A DNA stretch of 64,000 nucleotides from Puccinia triticina (lineage: Eukaryota), in assembly GCA_026914245.1 (NCBI GenBank), contig CP110439.1, positions 62,001 to 126,000 of the forward strand. The letters are read 5' to 3'. A program made the translations under genes and the position numbers. Of the stretch, positions 13,133 to 26,538 are shown piece after piece (position 1 is the first letter of the stretch; every line of letters begins with the position of its first letter). The notes under the pieces were generated by a model. That model had not been told where the DNA came from and ran no database searches. It saw only the letters and a program-made list of their open reading frames with translations.

Positions 13133-13581
13133 GTTGAAGAGGAGGCAAACAGGTGGTAGGATGTGAAGTGGTTGTGGTCGAGCGAAGGGTGATTGATGCT
13201 GATGTGGAGGATGAGACGAGGTGGTTGGTCACACTCACTCCGCCGGCCAAGGTCCGATCGAGCTCACCGGGGCCCCGAGGGGTGTCTCACGGGGGTGACA
13301 CGGGCACGACAGCACACATAAGCATATTCAGTTTGGCAGATTACATAAGCGCAACTCCAGTCGCGCTGTCGGAGTCGGTGGCTGCTGCGCATGGCTGCGC
13401 ATGCGTGTTAGCCCCCTGGATCCGACGCGAGGTGGAGGAGGCTGTGGCTGATCCCACTCCATCTTTTTCCCACCTTCCTCTGAGCAGTTGCACCGGAAAC
13501 ATCCGCACTCCCCAGTCACTTCCACCAAGTTTACCTCTAATTACGAGCGCATCCCACGAATAGAACTTCACGACCCTCAGT
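13133..13581. promoter_or_regulatory. Putative bidirectional promoter between brr2 and dnmt5
   Basis: 449 bp between divergent start codons (13132 on -, 13582 on +); CpG-rich and free of TE sequence. Confidence 0.55.
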
Positions 13582-16500
13582 ATGGATGCTAAGAGAACCC
13601 GCAGAGTTTCAGGCTCCAAGAGCAAGTTCGAAGACGAAAATTCGGATCCCAAAGAAACCAAGGTGTGTTTGCCCATCCCAATCTGCAGTAGCATCTATCC
13701 AGTGATTTTGGATTCCCCATTTACTCTTTCTTCTCGAATTTTTATCCAGTCAGCTAGGAAACAGGCCAAGTTATCCGATCTGCTTCCAAAGAGCAGCGCG
13801 GTTAAAGTCGTCGTGCCTTTATCGAGGGATTCTCCGAAAAAGAAGTTGCCTACCTCCCTCAAGGACTCTCCGCCTCCCCAAAAGAAATCTGCCGCAAGCC
13901 GCGATTCAGCCTCCAAGCCCAAGAAACCTCTCCCGAAGCGCGCTCGGCACGTCGTGTCCGATGATGAGAGCGATGATGATCACTCTACTCTCTCGGAACC
14001 ATCGTCTGATGATGGTTTGTCTTTGCTTTCATGTACTTCGAAATCCCTTACAAATTAAACGTTAACCACCCTCTTACACTTTTGTTTTCTCAGATACGCC
14101 GGCGATCTCCGCTCCGAAGCGGGTAAGTGCCACCCCCAATCAGCTATGTCACACGCTGGTACTAGCTGATGTGTTCAAAACCCGCCTCAGTCCACAGCCA
14201 AGTCGAGCAACACTCTGGGCAATTTCATCAAGAAAGATCTGACCGTGAGTTTTGCCCTCAACCGCCTGTGATATTTTACCCTGACTGAAAATTTTCTGGG
14301 CTGCACCTGAAGAAAACTCCCAAACCAAGACCTGCAAAGATTGGAGGTCCTTCCAAAAAAGAAAAAGAAACGATTGACGAAACAAAACTAGCTCCACTCA
14401 CCGAAATTCCGGATATGTTCCTCGACATGGTCAAAAATCGACCGGAATTTAAGGAGACGCTCGAGCACCTAGGAGGTCGCCAACTACGTGTAGCCACCAT
14501 GTGCTCGTTAGTCGTCCATTTTATCAAGTCAAATGTGTCTTTGAGCTAGACTGATACACAAAAACTCATGCAGTGGAACCGAATCACCGTTACTGGCGCT
14601 GGGGCTCATCGCCAAATCCACTAAACAACTTTGGGGCAAAGATTTCAGAGTCCAGCACGTATTTTCCTGCGAAATCGAACCATTCAAACAAGCCTACATT
14701 GAGCGCAATTTTCAACCTCCGATCCTATTTCGAGATGTCTGCGAGCTGGGAGAAGATGAAGCCACAACCGCTTACGGTGCGAAAGTCCCTGTCCCAACTG
14801 ATGTTGACATGTTAGTGGCGGGGACCAGTTGCGTCGATTATTCGGGTCTGAACAATCAGAAGAAGGTATGTCGTACCCTTTTTTTGTATTCCTAAAAGTG
14901 CCGAGATCCTCATCTTACCCGCGGTATTTATAGACGATAGATGCTGGTGGAGAATCCGGTCGAACTTTTCACGGAATGCTTAAATGGGTTGAAAACTCCC
15001 GCCCGCCAATCATCATCCTCGAAAACGTTTGCAACGCGCCCTGGCCGAAGGTAAAAGAGAAATTCGAATCAATTGGCTATGATGCCGAGTTCTCCAGGTC
15101 AGCAACTCTCTCCTCGAGCTCCTAAATTAGTATTTCTAACCACTAATAACTCCCTTTGGACTGGACATGCTGCCTTGATGAAAACAGATTCGACACGAAA
15201 CATTATTATATCCCGCATACCCGAACTCGTGTATATTTGATGGCAACCCCCAAAAAGCTACGCATTCCCAAGCAGCCTAATATCCCTGGTGCCTGGCTCA
15301 CACTGGTTTCCCAAATGGCTCGCCCGGCCTCTGCCCCTCTTGAAGCCTTCATGTTTCATCAAGACGACCCCTTGGTTCACCGTGCTCGGCAAGAACTGGC
15401 GTTCATCAAAGCTAACAAAGATGGCCAAGGTCGCCAGGCCACCGATTGGACTCGTTGCGAAAGTCGACACGCTCGTCAAAGAGCTGAGGAACAGCTTGGT
15501 GATAAAAGACCGCTGACAGCTTGGCAGGACGGTCCAGTATGCAAGGTCATCGATGGGGGTTGGAACGACTGGGCAAACGCTCAAACAGAACGAGTAGTGG
15601 ATCTCATGGATATCAACACGCTCAGACAGGTTAAAGACGGCGTCGATGTTTTGTATAAGACCTTAATCTGGAATCTAAGTCAGAACGTCGACAGAATGAC
15701 CGGTAGTGGGAAATTCGGCTTGACTCCATGTCTGACTCCCAACATGATCGCCTACGTCACCAACCGTGGTGGTCCACTAATCGGCCGAGAAGCCTTATCA
15801 TTGCAAGGTATCCCACTCTCGGGACTCTTATTGACCAAAGAGTCCGAGGATCAACTAGCCGATCTAGCCGGCAATGCGATGAGTACCACCGTCGTTGCTT
15901 CCGCAATGATGGCAGCATTGATTTTGACAATCCCACGCACCGCCAAAACCATTAAATCAGACGATGTAGAGATGGAAGAAGTAACTCGAATTAACCCAGA
16001 GGATTGCATTACAGGGAATGAGGATCTCAGTTCCTACCCCCTAGACCTTTCGAAGACCTGTCCCATCAAGCCCGGTTTTTTCAGCCGAGCAATGGCCAGT
16101 GCTCGCCTTTGTATCTGTGAAGGTCGGTCCGGAACCGCATCGGCAAAGATCCAGTGCTGTCAAACTTGTGGTTACACTTCTTGTCAAACATGCGGCGGTC
16201 GTCCATCTCACAACTATCAAATCCGTGACTCGGAACGTCTCAATCCTGGTACTTTTGAACGCGAACTGAAGGAAATTCTACCCATGAGGTTGTCTGTAGC
16301 TGGCCTCAATCAAGATTTGTTTTCTCAGTTCGTCGTCGAAGCCTCTCGTCTTCAAGTCGAGGTTAATATGAAGGACTGGGCACTTATTACCGAGGCCGTC
16401 ATAGCAGCGACATCCGATGTCGAATTCCATTTCACCTCCCTCAAACGACAAGCTATATGGGTGGCCACTTTCGATGCACCTCTGGCTGTATTAGAATTGC

Positions 16501-19500
16501 GATTGGATCCCTTGCTGCCCGAATGGAGACTAACGATCAAGCCGGACAAGACATTACCAATCAAAAGTCCCCGCCGGCTTGTACTCAACACCCCTGTTGC
16601 CCGGATGCGGATTTCACGAGACGTAGCCGACTTGATTTCCGGCAAATGGCAATTCCGATTGCCCATCAATCAGTCGTTTGATCTTGAGCTCAAAGGAGCC
16701 GGCGACCTAGTTCCAGGTTGGCGGAAGGACATGGGTCTGGTTACTGAAGATGCCCAGGCGGACGAATGGTGGTCACATTTATTGATCTCCATACCAGACG
16801 TCGCTCGCAAATATCTCGATCGTTCATTGGACGGTAAATGGAAGTTACATTCAGAATGTGGAACAGCCCAAAGCATGCTTCATCGAAAGGAGCCAACTGA
16901 TGATGATGAGGGATTACCACCGCTTTATCTTTTCCTGGATCCCACTCGCAGCGGCGATCCTGTTGATGATTGCGCGGTATTTTCAATAGATCATTCTAAG
17001 CTCGACTATGGGGTGGTCCGACCGATTGTGGCCACTCTGGATCCGAGCTGGCGGCCAAATTCCGACAAGTCTACTACGGTCAAATGTAATGTTTCGAGCA
17101 AGTGGATCGAAGCTCCGAAGCTGAGTCTAAGTGCTGCTCTGCATACAAATGTCCAAGCTGAAGCCAACGTCACGGATGGCGTATACCACATTCCCCCTAA
17201 CGGCGTTTCTGTCAAGCTCGACAATAATGGATGTGAAAAAGCCAACATTGTAATGGCCTGTAAAGTTCCATTGCCCATCAACCAGTACGATGCAGTGTGG
17301 GGCGATGGCCCATGGAAAGAAATCGATGTGCCGCATGAGGGTGAGAAGGCATTCCAAGCATTAGCCTGGATCATCGAGCGTATTCCGCCTCCTGAATCCT
17401 TGTCCAAGTGGAGTTCGATCAGTGACTCCAAGCAGGTAAATAGCACATTACCTTTAGGGCATTTCCAAGCTTCGTACACTGACCGGAGTTAATTTTATGA
17501 ATAGTGTGCGACAAACTGCCAGAGATGCGCTCCTTCACCACCTACTGTGCAGTGGCTCTTGAAGCAAAACAAGGTCAAGAGTACTTTTGTGCCACATGAA
17601 GATACAGTGGAAGCGGGTCGTTATGAGCAGGTCTGCCATCATCTATCCATGATTTTGGCCCAATTTTCAAACCGTTTACTTACCCTGCCGCCATCTGAAC
17701 TCCGCCAGGCATTAAAAACTCGACCGGCTCCTTTTGTTACTCACCTGCGACTGATCAACGGTTGCGGAGAGATGAAAATCGGTGTCAGCTTCGCCACTCT
17801 TGTTCATCGAGCCGTTGCTCGATTTCCCGTCTCAGCTCTCAGTGGGACTGTGAATCCCTCTTGGAGGCTCACATTCGGGCATGAATCCAGTGCCGCCTCG
17901 CTCCTTCGCCCGAAATTCAACTTTTACCTTCGTAGTAACAAGAAGGATCCTGCGGCTAAGCAACCCGAACAATTTGTCATACCTCTTCGACCTGAGCAAC
18001 TGCGATCATTGTCATGGATGTTATCGCAAGAGAAACTGGACGACGGAGTCGAGCATACGTTTGTTGAAGAAGAAATTGCCGAAGCTGCTTTGTTGCCCCT
18101 CGGCTGGCGCGCTGAGGGTAAAGCAGAGCGACCCGTATTAATCAGAGGAGGTGTTCTTGCAGATGAAGTTGGTTACGGCAAGACAGCAATTACTATTGGC
18201 TTGATATGTAGTACGCTGAGCGATAAGCTCCCAAAGATCCCTCAGGCACAGACGCAAGGTCATATCAGATTGAATGCCACGCTGGTTGTCGTCCCAGCTC
18301 ATCTTTCCGGCCAGTGGCCGACCGAGTTTTCGAAGTTTACTGGGAAAAGTACCACCAAGGTTCACCGAATCATCAACATGACAGACTTGAATTCAACAAG
18401 TATCAGTGATTTACAAGAAGCTGATGTGGTAGTCGTATCCGAAACTCTTTTTGGTAGCCAAATCTATTGGAACAATCTTTCTCATCTTGGCGGGACGAGG
18501 GAAATTATCAATGAGCCTACTGGTGGAAGATTTTTTCAGTCTTGTCTTAGTGAGACGTTGGAAAACTTGAAGAAACATGTTGAGATTCTGACCGATGAAG
18601 ACGGAGGTGCCGAATCGATGCAAGAGGCTATTGCGGAGACCAAAGCAAAATTGGAGCAAGCTGAAACCGCTCGCTTGCTACAGACTAAACGATTGAAAGG
18701 AGCGGCATACGCTAAGAAGTACGCATCAGAAGGTGCCAAGGAAGGAAACAGTGATGAATCAGAAGATGTAGGTCTCCTATCTAATCTTTTCGAAATTTTG
18801 CCGGCTGATCCACGTGTTTTTTTCCACTTGGTCGTATTCACAGTCCGATACTCCACCGCCTAAGAAGAAAAAGCTAAGCAATGGGAAGGCAAAAGCTGAG
18901 AAAATGCATGGCGGTGATGTATGGAAATTGAATAGCGATGCCCAAGATGACTGGACCCAGATGCACTGCCCGCCTCTCCACATGTTTTAGTGCGTTGATT
19001 CTCTTCAGCTTCAGGAAACTATAACCGCTGATTGACCTCCGAACGTTCAGCTGGCGTCGTAGAGTTATTGATGAATATACCTATCTGGGAGGTCGAGAAC
19101 GGCTAGCTGTTGGAACCATCAAGTCGCATAGCACCTGGGTTTTATCCGGTACACCTCCCGTCGCCAACTTTACTGAGATCAAATCGTAAGTTCAAGTTGA
19201 GCAAGAGGCTGTCCTCATCTCTCTATCAGTACTGAATGCATTGCCACAATTTGGTTCAGGATCGCTCGATTGCTTCACATTCATTTGGGAATAGATGATG
19301 ATGGCGAAGGCCCCAAGGAGATTGTCAAGTCTATCACGAAACATCAAACCGCAGCCGAGCAGTTCCATTCATTCCGAGAAATCAGATCTGCTGCCTGGCA
19401 TAACCGGCGAGATGAAGTCGCTCAAAGCTTTTTAGACCGATTTGTCAGACAGAATGTCGCTGAGATTGACGAAATACCGTATGAAGAAACTTTGGAGCCT

Positions 19501-21194
19501 ATCATCTTGCCTTCAGCTGAACGGGCAATCTACTTGGAACTCGATCATCACTTGCAATCTTTCGATATGAATATGTAAGTCATTAACAACGTTTTCTGCC
19601 TCCATAGATCTAGAGCTTTATCAAGATCGGCGCCGCTGTTACTGAAAAGTGTGTTTTTTTAAAAAAAAAATCCGCGCAGTAAAAAAGTTTCAAGGACGAA
19701 AAAAACAAACAGCGGTATTGCTGATCGAGAAAAGAGACTTGCAGCAGCGTTAGGAGAAAGCAAATCCGCCGAGGAGGCGTTGTTGAAGCGTTGTTCACAT
19801 TTCACTTCAGACTTGGACTCTCAATCTGCAGCCCATCGAGCAGCCAATGCTGGGGCGGCTTGCACCATCATTCTCAAGGAGCGAACTTCACAACTGGAAG
19901 AGTGTTTGGCGGAGCTTCGAGTACGACTAAAACAGGCAGCAATCCTTTACAGCTACACCAAGTCAGAGGGCTTATACGAAAGAGATGAGCGCACTCCTCC
20001 ATTTGAAGAGTACATCAAGAACTCGTTTGGGAACATCGGCGACGAAGAAGCCAACGAGCGCTTGCAAGCTATCTTGACTGAAGAAGGATGCCGTTTGAAA
20101 GATAACAAGGTGGTGGCGCCCAAGATTTCGCTAAACGATCCGGACGTTGAAGAAGTTCTAGTTCACCTCGACCCGAAGCTTGCAGCTGATAAGGCGAAGG
20201 CCAGGAAGAAGGCGGGCGAGGATGTAGATGTGAAAGACATCAAGAAGCAAAGTAAAGACGAGATGCTTGCTGCGCGGAAGTGGGCTGCACGGGAACTGAT
20301 CCATCTGTTGCGGAAGCTGAACCGAGAACTGGTCAATCGTCTACGATCTAAGCGTTACTTCACCATCGTACGTGATGTTCAGCAGGGACACGTTCCAATC
20401 ACCATCGACCACGAAGGCCAAACAGAACCTTTGGCTATCCTCTCAACCTGTGGACATTCTGGCCCACTGAGTCTCGTCAACAAATGCGCGCGCGATCAGG
20501 AATGCTGGCAAAAGAATACTCGTGGTTGTGGTGCGCCGGCACGTGACACCAGTGTAATCAGGGCCGACTCGTTGGGCCATGATGAGGCATCCGGTCAATT
20601 TGGCATCAAATTGGAACGAATGTGTCACTTAATCAAGCAGCTCAAGGAGGATGATCGAGTCCTGGTCTTTGTACAGTTTAGTGATTTGCTAGACAAGGTG
20701 TATGACGCCCTCGAAGCTCGCAAGATCGGTGTTGCGCGTGTCAAGGGAACAGCGTTGAACCAAATGAAAGTGATGAGCAACTTTCAGAATGAAGTGGACC
20801 CTCACATCCGAGTGCTTCTGCTACATGCTACCGACTCGAGTGCAAGCGGTAAGTCAAGCTCACTGGAGTTCTTGATGTCATCTGATTTCTTTTGATGTTG
20901 ACTTGCTCGATCCTCTACGCAGGTGCCAATCTGACAAATGCCAACTACGCCTTCTTCGTCTCGCCGTTATTTTTACCCACGGCCGATAAATTCAAAGCGT
21001 GCGAGACCCAAGCGATTGGGCGGCTAAGACGATACGGACAAATGAAAAAGGTTCATGTGATCAGGATGTTGACGGTTGATACAATTGATACTCAAATATA
21101 CGGCTTCAGACATGGGAAGTCCAGAGAAGTGCTGGCCGAGGAGATTGAGTTGGCCAAGAAAAATCAGGCCCCCTTTGTTGTCCCGGAAAATTAA
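13582..21194 (+). CDS. dnmt5: Dnmt5-family C5-cytosine DNA methyltransferase fused to a SNF2 ATPase, multi-exon
   Basis: Methyltransferase motifs LRVATMCS|GTESP, FSCEIEPFKQAYIERNF, catalytic AGTSCVDYS (14821), ILENV, YIPHTRTRVY, DLAGNAMS. SNF2 motifs GGVLADEVGYGKT, VIDEY, WVLSGTP, VLVFVQF, GANLTNAN, QAIGRLRRYGQ. Degenerate RING-like CGH..C..C segment. Confidence 0.95.
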
Positions 21195-21759
21195 ACATCT
21201 GCTCTTAACCTTCCCATTCATACAAAACGCGCCCATCTCATGCTCTATTCCCAATTTATGTCCACATTTTCAATTTTACATTCATCTTTTTTACTATTCT
21301 TTTCCTGTTTCTTATTGTTTCTGTTCTATGTTTCAACAAAGGTGGTCTCCTTTTCTAAAATTCTTGTCCTGATATTAAGTTTTTTTGTTCTGAAATCAAC
21401 CAGAACCTGTCCACATTTTCAGGCAGGTTTATTTTTTGAACTTGTTTTTTAACATTAGTTAACTCTTGTTATGATTAAGGTAAGCTGCCTAAAAAATGTT
21501 GTTGAATGGTTTAAAAGCTATGCAGAGCTTTCTTGTGCAGTTTTTAGGTACAGAATTCAAAAGTAGAAACTATTAAACTATGATGCTTAGTAGTAACTTT
21601 CTGGGTGTTTTATGATGTTCCATCCATAGGCTGCATCTCACTACATGCCTTGTAGAATTTCTGGCAGTGAGCAGCAATTTCAACAGATTTTGGAGGTCAT
21701 TTTTTCATTGATGGCTTCACAAATTGCTGCTGCAAGCTCATGGTGGGATCAGATATCTT

Positions 21760-22249
21760 TGTGATAATGTTGAAAGTAAGTTCAATTGAGTTGAGCATTG
21801 GCAAGTATTTTTCTTTGAGAAGATTGATGACCCATTCAAAGTCTTCACCAGTTGTCCATTGTTACAAGAGAGCCAGGTGTACAATGATCTAGCAGTCTGA
21901 GTAGGAAATTACAAATCTTGTTTGCTGTTGTCTCTTGCTTTTTTTGCTGTCTTCATTCAACAATTTGCAGTACAGAAACCCGCTAGTTGACATCACACCC
22001 ACCAGATTGATCATGCTACCACAAGCATTTGTCTTGATCTGTGAAACTTGACCTAAATATAGAAAAATCAATCAACATTTTTTATTACAAGCAAGCAATA
22101 AAAATGAAGTGTTATTAAGATGTTAAAACACCTACCTGAAAGTGCCTAGCCACAGGATGCTTGAGTCTCAGAGTTGAACCCAGATTCATCAATGTATACA
22201 ATCTTGCATCCAACATCAGTCACACACCTGAGAACAAAATCATGCCAAT
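21760..22249 (-). pseudogene. Tc1/IS630-type DDE transposase, 3' part (decayed)
   Basis: Minus strand reads IVYIDESGFN (D1), INLVGVMS, LVTMDN (D2), YLPMLNSIELTF (E), with stops and frameshifts. Confidence 0.75.
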
Positions 22250-24174
22250 GGGGGGGGGGGTTCAAAGTTGACTCCCACTGTTTCAGGACCAAAATTCAGG
22301 AAAAAAAATGGACCTAAATTCCTTCCTGCAAACCCAATTTCCTTTACAAGGAGGGGATGCAGAAAGGGCCTTCCTGAATCAGGAAACACCCCAAATTTCT
22401 GAATCCATGGCCTCCAATAGAGAAAAATCTCTTTTGGACACACCTCATCAGATCAATGGCCCCTTGTGTCTGTGGGGCTAAGTTGAAGAGAGACAAGACG
22501 CAAAGTACAAAAAACCTCCACAGGCACCTTATGACAATCCACCACATTGCTGATCCAAATCTTCTGAAGAAGACCCAGAAATCTAGCCAAATGGATATTG
22601 GAAGTTGGGTGAAGAAGGGTGAATGCAAGCCAAAGGTATGTTGTTTCTTGTTCCTCTTCTCTATGCCAAAGGTATGTTGTTTCTTGTTCCTATTCTCTAT
22701 GCTCATTGAAGATGTAACACTAATAAATCTCAATCTTACACTTCAGGTGCAACTCAACAGCAAATCTTTGAAGAACGCGCTAGTCTATTTTGTGGCAGAA
22801 TGTGACCTTTTGTTTTCCTTAGTCAAACAAAAGTCTTTCCGCAAGCTCCTTCATATTTTCATTGAGGATGTGATGCCCCTATTCAACAAGATGTGCAGAT
22901 CAGGAATTGCCACTCAACTCGCCTGGGCACATCTCCAATCTCAGCAAATGCTCAAAACCAAATATCTGCAGAAACAGGACAAGATATGTTTCACTCAGGA
23001 TGCTTGGAATGCACCCAACTGTACAGCTTTCATGGGGGTGACGGCTCATTTTATTGACAAAAAAATTGTATTGATGGACTTGACATTGGCAGTCCTGATG
23101 TTCAAGGTATGTCAATAAATCTGTTTTAATTATTTATGGGAGGGTTTTGGTTGATTTGTCTGAAATCAATCCTTCCAGGAAGTCATACGGGTGAAATGTT
23201 TGCAAGCATGTTTTACAATGTTCTTGATAATTGCGACTGCATTGGAAAACTGAACACAATCACCGCCAACAATGCCACCACAAACAACAAGATGGCACGC
23301 GATCTATCTCTGCAAATCCTGGACTTTGACATCTCAACAAACTGTCTTGGATGTGTTGCGCACGTGATCAATCTTGTGGCAAAGGCTGGAATTTCTGTCC
23401 TTGGAGAAATGGAGGATGAAGATGAACCTGATGGCAAGGAAATGGAGGATGAAGATGAACTTGATGGCAAGGAGCTTTCAACGGTTGATATGGGATTGTC
23501 TCATCCACAAACCAAGCCTGCGCGTGACCCCCGAATGGCAATCACCTATGTTACTTCCTAGCCGGATGGTGCCAATGTTAATGCAAATACAATCCTCAAG
23601 CAAGTCCTTGGCTTGTGTACTTATGTAAGGTTCTCTTGTCAACGTCAAGAGAGATTTCTAAAGGCAGTCAGCTTTGCGCAACCTGAGATCAAAGACAAAA
23701 ACTTCAAATTGCTTGAAATCAACATCTCAACACGTTGCAACTCAACCTATGAGATGCTTGAGCAAGTGCTGCTCCTTCAAAAATCCTGAAACCACTTTTG
23801 CGAAGACAGCCGCAAGGCTTCCAAATACAGGTTATCAAACACTGAGTGGGAACAAGCAAAATACATCATGCGGCTGCTTGAACCCCTGGCCGAGGCAACC
23901 ACCATGCTCAGCACTTCCAAGTATCCTACTCTCAACTCGGCTCTGCCTGTCTACATAACACTTGTGACCCACCTTCACAAGGCTTGAAAAGGACCATACA
24001 ATCAAGCACAACTTGTCATTCCAGAAACAAATATGATAGCAAAGATCAATCAATACCTTTGCAGCGCTCTGGAAAAGACAGTTTATATCTGTGCAATGAT
24101 CTTGGACCCAACATTTAAAATTCATTTTTGGCAATTTCATGCCACCTTCATTGTGGAGCATTACAATATCTCGG

Positions 24175-24608
24175 TGTGGTAGACGGAAAAGTGAAAAATC
24201 AAAAGTTTTTCCTTGTCTACAGATTTACTCATACTAGACCTCAAGATACCACCAAACGTGCATCAGGAATGGATTCTACGGCTTATTTTACCCCTATTTA
24301 CCACCGGAAGTGTCACTGGAACCCCACTGGATTGGAAGTTACACCGTCCTGGACCCTCGTGGACCCGGCCAGCCCTAGTCATCAACCTGTCACACCCCTC
24401 AAGTCACCTTTCCCAGTTATACGCATACTCAGCCCCAGCCAAACACATACTCTTTTCTATCCCTCTTATCTCCACTGCATATGCAGGGGACCAACCCCAT
24501 TTCTTCTGTATTTGACATGTCCCCGCTTCATTTATGCACCCTTGCAGCTGCATGCAGTCTTCTGACCCCATTTCTGCACTCCTTGCATTAGTCTGACACC
24601 ACTCATGC
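24175..24608 (+). mobile_element. Truncated LTR fragment inserted in the hAT transposase
   Basis: Starts TGTGGTAGACGGAAAAGTG and aligns by eye over ~400 bp with the element starting at 54839; the hAT frame breaks here and resumes at 24609. Confidence 0.7.
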
Positions 24609-25749
24609 ATGGCGCGACACTTCCTTGCTATTCCTGCACAAGCACCTCATCTGAGCATGTGTTTTCAATATAAGGCCAACGCATTGTTTCTTGGCAGTGA
24701 TCTGCCTTGGCACCAAGCAGCATCAAGCAGCTTTTGTGCATCAAGGACTGGTATCAGGCCTTTGACGGGCTTACAAGCAGCCCCATCAAAAGTTAAAAAC
24801 CCCAAGCAATCATCATTTGAGAGAAAACAGGTTTTATAATTGAAACTAGAACCAAGACTAAAAACAATAGATGTTAGAATTTGTAAAAACAAGAGCAAGA
24901 TTGGTTGAATGACAATAAGGATGAAAACTGAGCATACCACAATGATAGTGAGTTTTTGAAGGAACAAGCACGGACAGACTAAGATAGATCAGATCAAACA
25001 GGGAGTAATAGTAGACACTGTGGAGAATAAACAAGGAGAGGTTAGGTTGGATTGTTGATGAATTCTTGAGGATTTGTTGTTTCTCACCAAATTGGAAATA
25101 ACCAATTAATGAATTCAAGAGATCGCGTAGGCGCTACCAGAATGAGAGCTGTTGAGCTAAAGGACAAATTGAGTTCTGGTTGGAAGCGATGAGATCGAAC
25201 AATGATCGATATGAGCGATAGAAGATAGAGGAGAAGACACGAAGTCGTATGGGGAGTGTGAAGAAGGGAATGGTGGAAGGTTGTTTGTTGGGGGAGCAAA
25301 GCTGAGCAGGAGAGCTGTTTGAGGTCGAGGAGTCTGCTGAGGAACCGAGAACAAGGCAATCAGAGGCTGCTTTTAAGCTTGAGGACCGAGCGGCTGAGTT
25401 GTGGTTCTGACTTGAGACATGAGTTGAGACAATGAGTTGAGACGTGCATGGTTGATGTTTTGAGAAGAATCGGTCGGCGGAGTTGGTTGTTTTAGGAAAG
25501 GAGATGACGGGGAACGGGAGGAAGTCAGAGGCAAGTTTGAGTAGAGATACGGACACTGGGCTACTTGGTGCGCGCATGCGTAGATGAGAGAATGCGCGCA
25601 TCCGCGGATGTCAGAATTCCAACATCATTTCTTCACGCTCCCCCCCCCCCCCAACCTATTCATCATGCCCCGGGGTTTGGGGCATTGCCAGAGGCTATCC
25701 CAAACCCTGGACCCCGGGGCATGGGTTTGGGTTACAGCCTTAGGATGCA

Positions 25750-26260
25750 CACTCCACTTGATGACTGGGTGACCGGGCCATCAAACGGATACACACCCAA
25801 CTCAATGACCGGGTGCCGGCCATCAAGTGGATACAAACCCAACTCGATGACCGGGTGACCGGGCCATCAAGCGGATACACACCCAACTTGATGGCCCAGT
25901 CACCCGGTCATTGAGTGGAGTGTGTATCCACTTGATGACCGGGTGATTGAGCGGATACACACCAAACTCAATGGCCCGGTCACCCGGTCATTGAGTGGAG
26001 TCTGTATCCGCTCAATGACCAGGGTGACCGGGCCATCAAGTGGAGTGGGTATCCACTCAATGACTGGGTGGCCGGGCCATTGAGTGGATGGTACACACAC
26101 CACTCAATGATCAACCCGGTCATTGAGTGGAGTCTGTATCAACCCAAAGACTGGGTAACCGGGCCATTGAGCACTCAATGACCGGGTCAGGTCATTGAGT
26201 GTTGGAGTATTGGTTAACCACTTGTGAATGGATGACCCAACCGGGTCATCAAGTGGGGTT
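25750..26260. repeat. Array of direct and inverted ~45-bp units (subterminal repeats of the hAT)
   Basis: Repeated CTCRATGACCGGGTGACCGGGCCATYRAGYGGATACACAC-like units in both orientations, ~280 bp inside the right TIR. Confidence 0.8.
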
Positions 26261-26538
26261 TATGTAAAAGTGTGTTGAAATGATGGACAGTGTTGACCGG
26301 CCATCAAATGCAATTGATGGCCGGTCTGGACTCTGGGCCAGCCATTGGGTCATGATGAGATGGGAAAGTTTTGGACTTCACTTTTTTCCTGCTTGTGTGG
26401 GTCCTGAATGGATTGCAACAACAGATGGGATAAAATGGGGGATTCAAAGTTGCAGAAAGTTCTGGAGATTTTTGGCTGGGACTTTTTTTTCCTGAATTTA
26501 GCTTCTGAAACAGTGCAGGAGTCGAATTTGAACCCCCC

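Larger units (their letters stand above)
22250..26538 (+). mobile_element. DNA transposon with ~55-bp imperfect TIRs enclosing a decayed hAT transposase
   Basis: Left GGGGGGTTCAAAGTTGACTCCCACTGTTTCAGGACCAAAATTCAGGAAAAAAA matches the reverse complement of 26483-26538. Transposase 22456..~24760: BED finger (CVC..STKNLHRHLMTIH), FTQDAWNAP, GVTAHFID, CVAHVINL, STRCNSTYEML, MARHFLAIPA. Confidence 0.85.

Noticed and set aside
5900..21200. Many short antisense or alternate-frame ORFs over brr2 and dnmt5
   Set aside because: Shadows of long coding exons with no independent motifs.
25750..26260. CRISPR-like appearance of regularly spaced repeats
   Set aside because: Fungal DNA, units in both orientations, no unique spacers and no cas genes.
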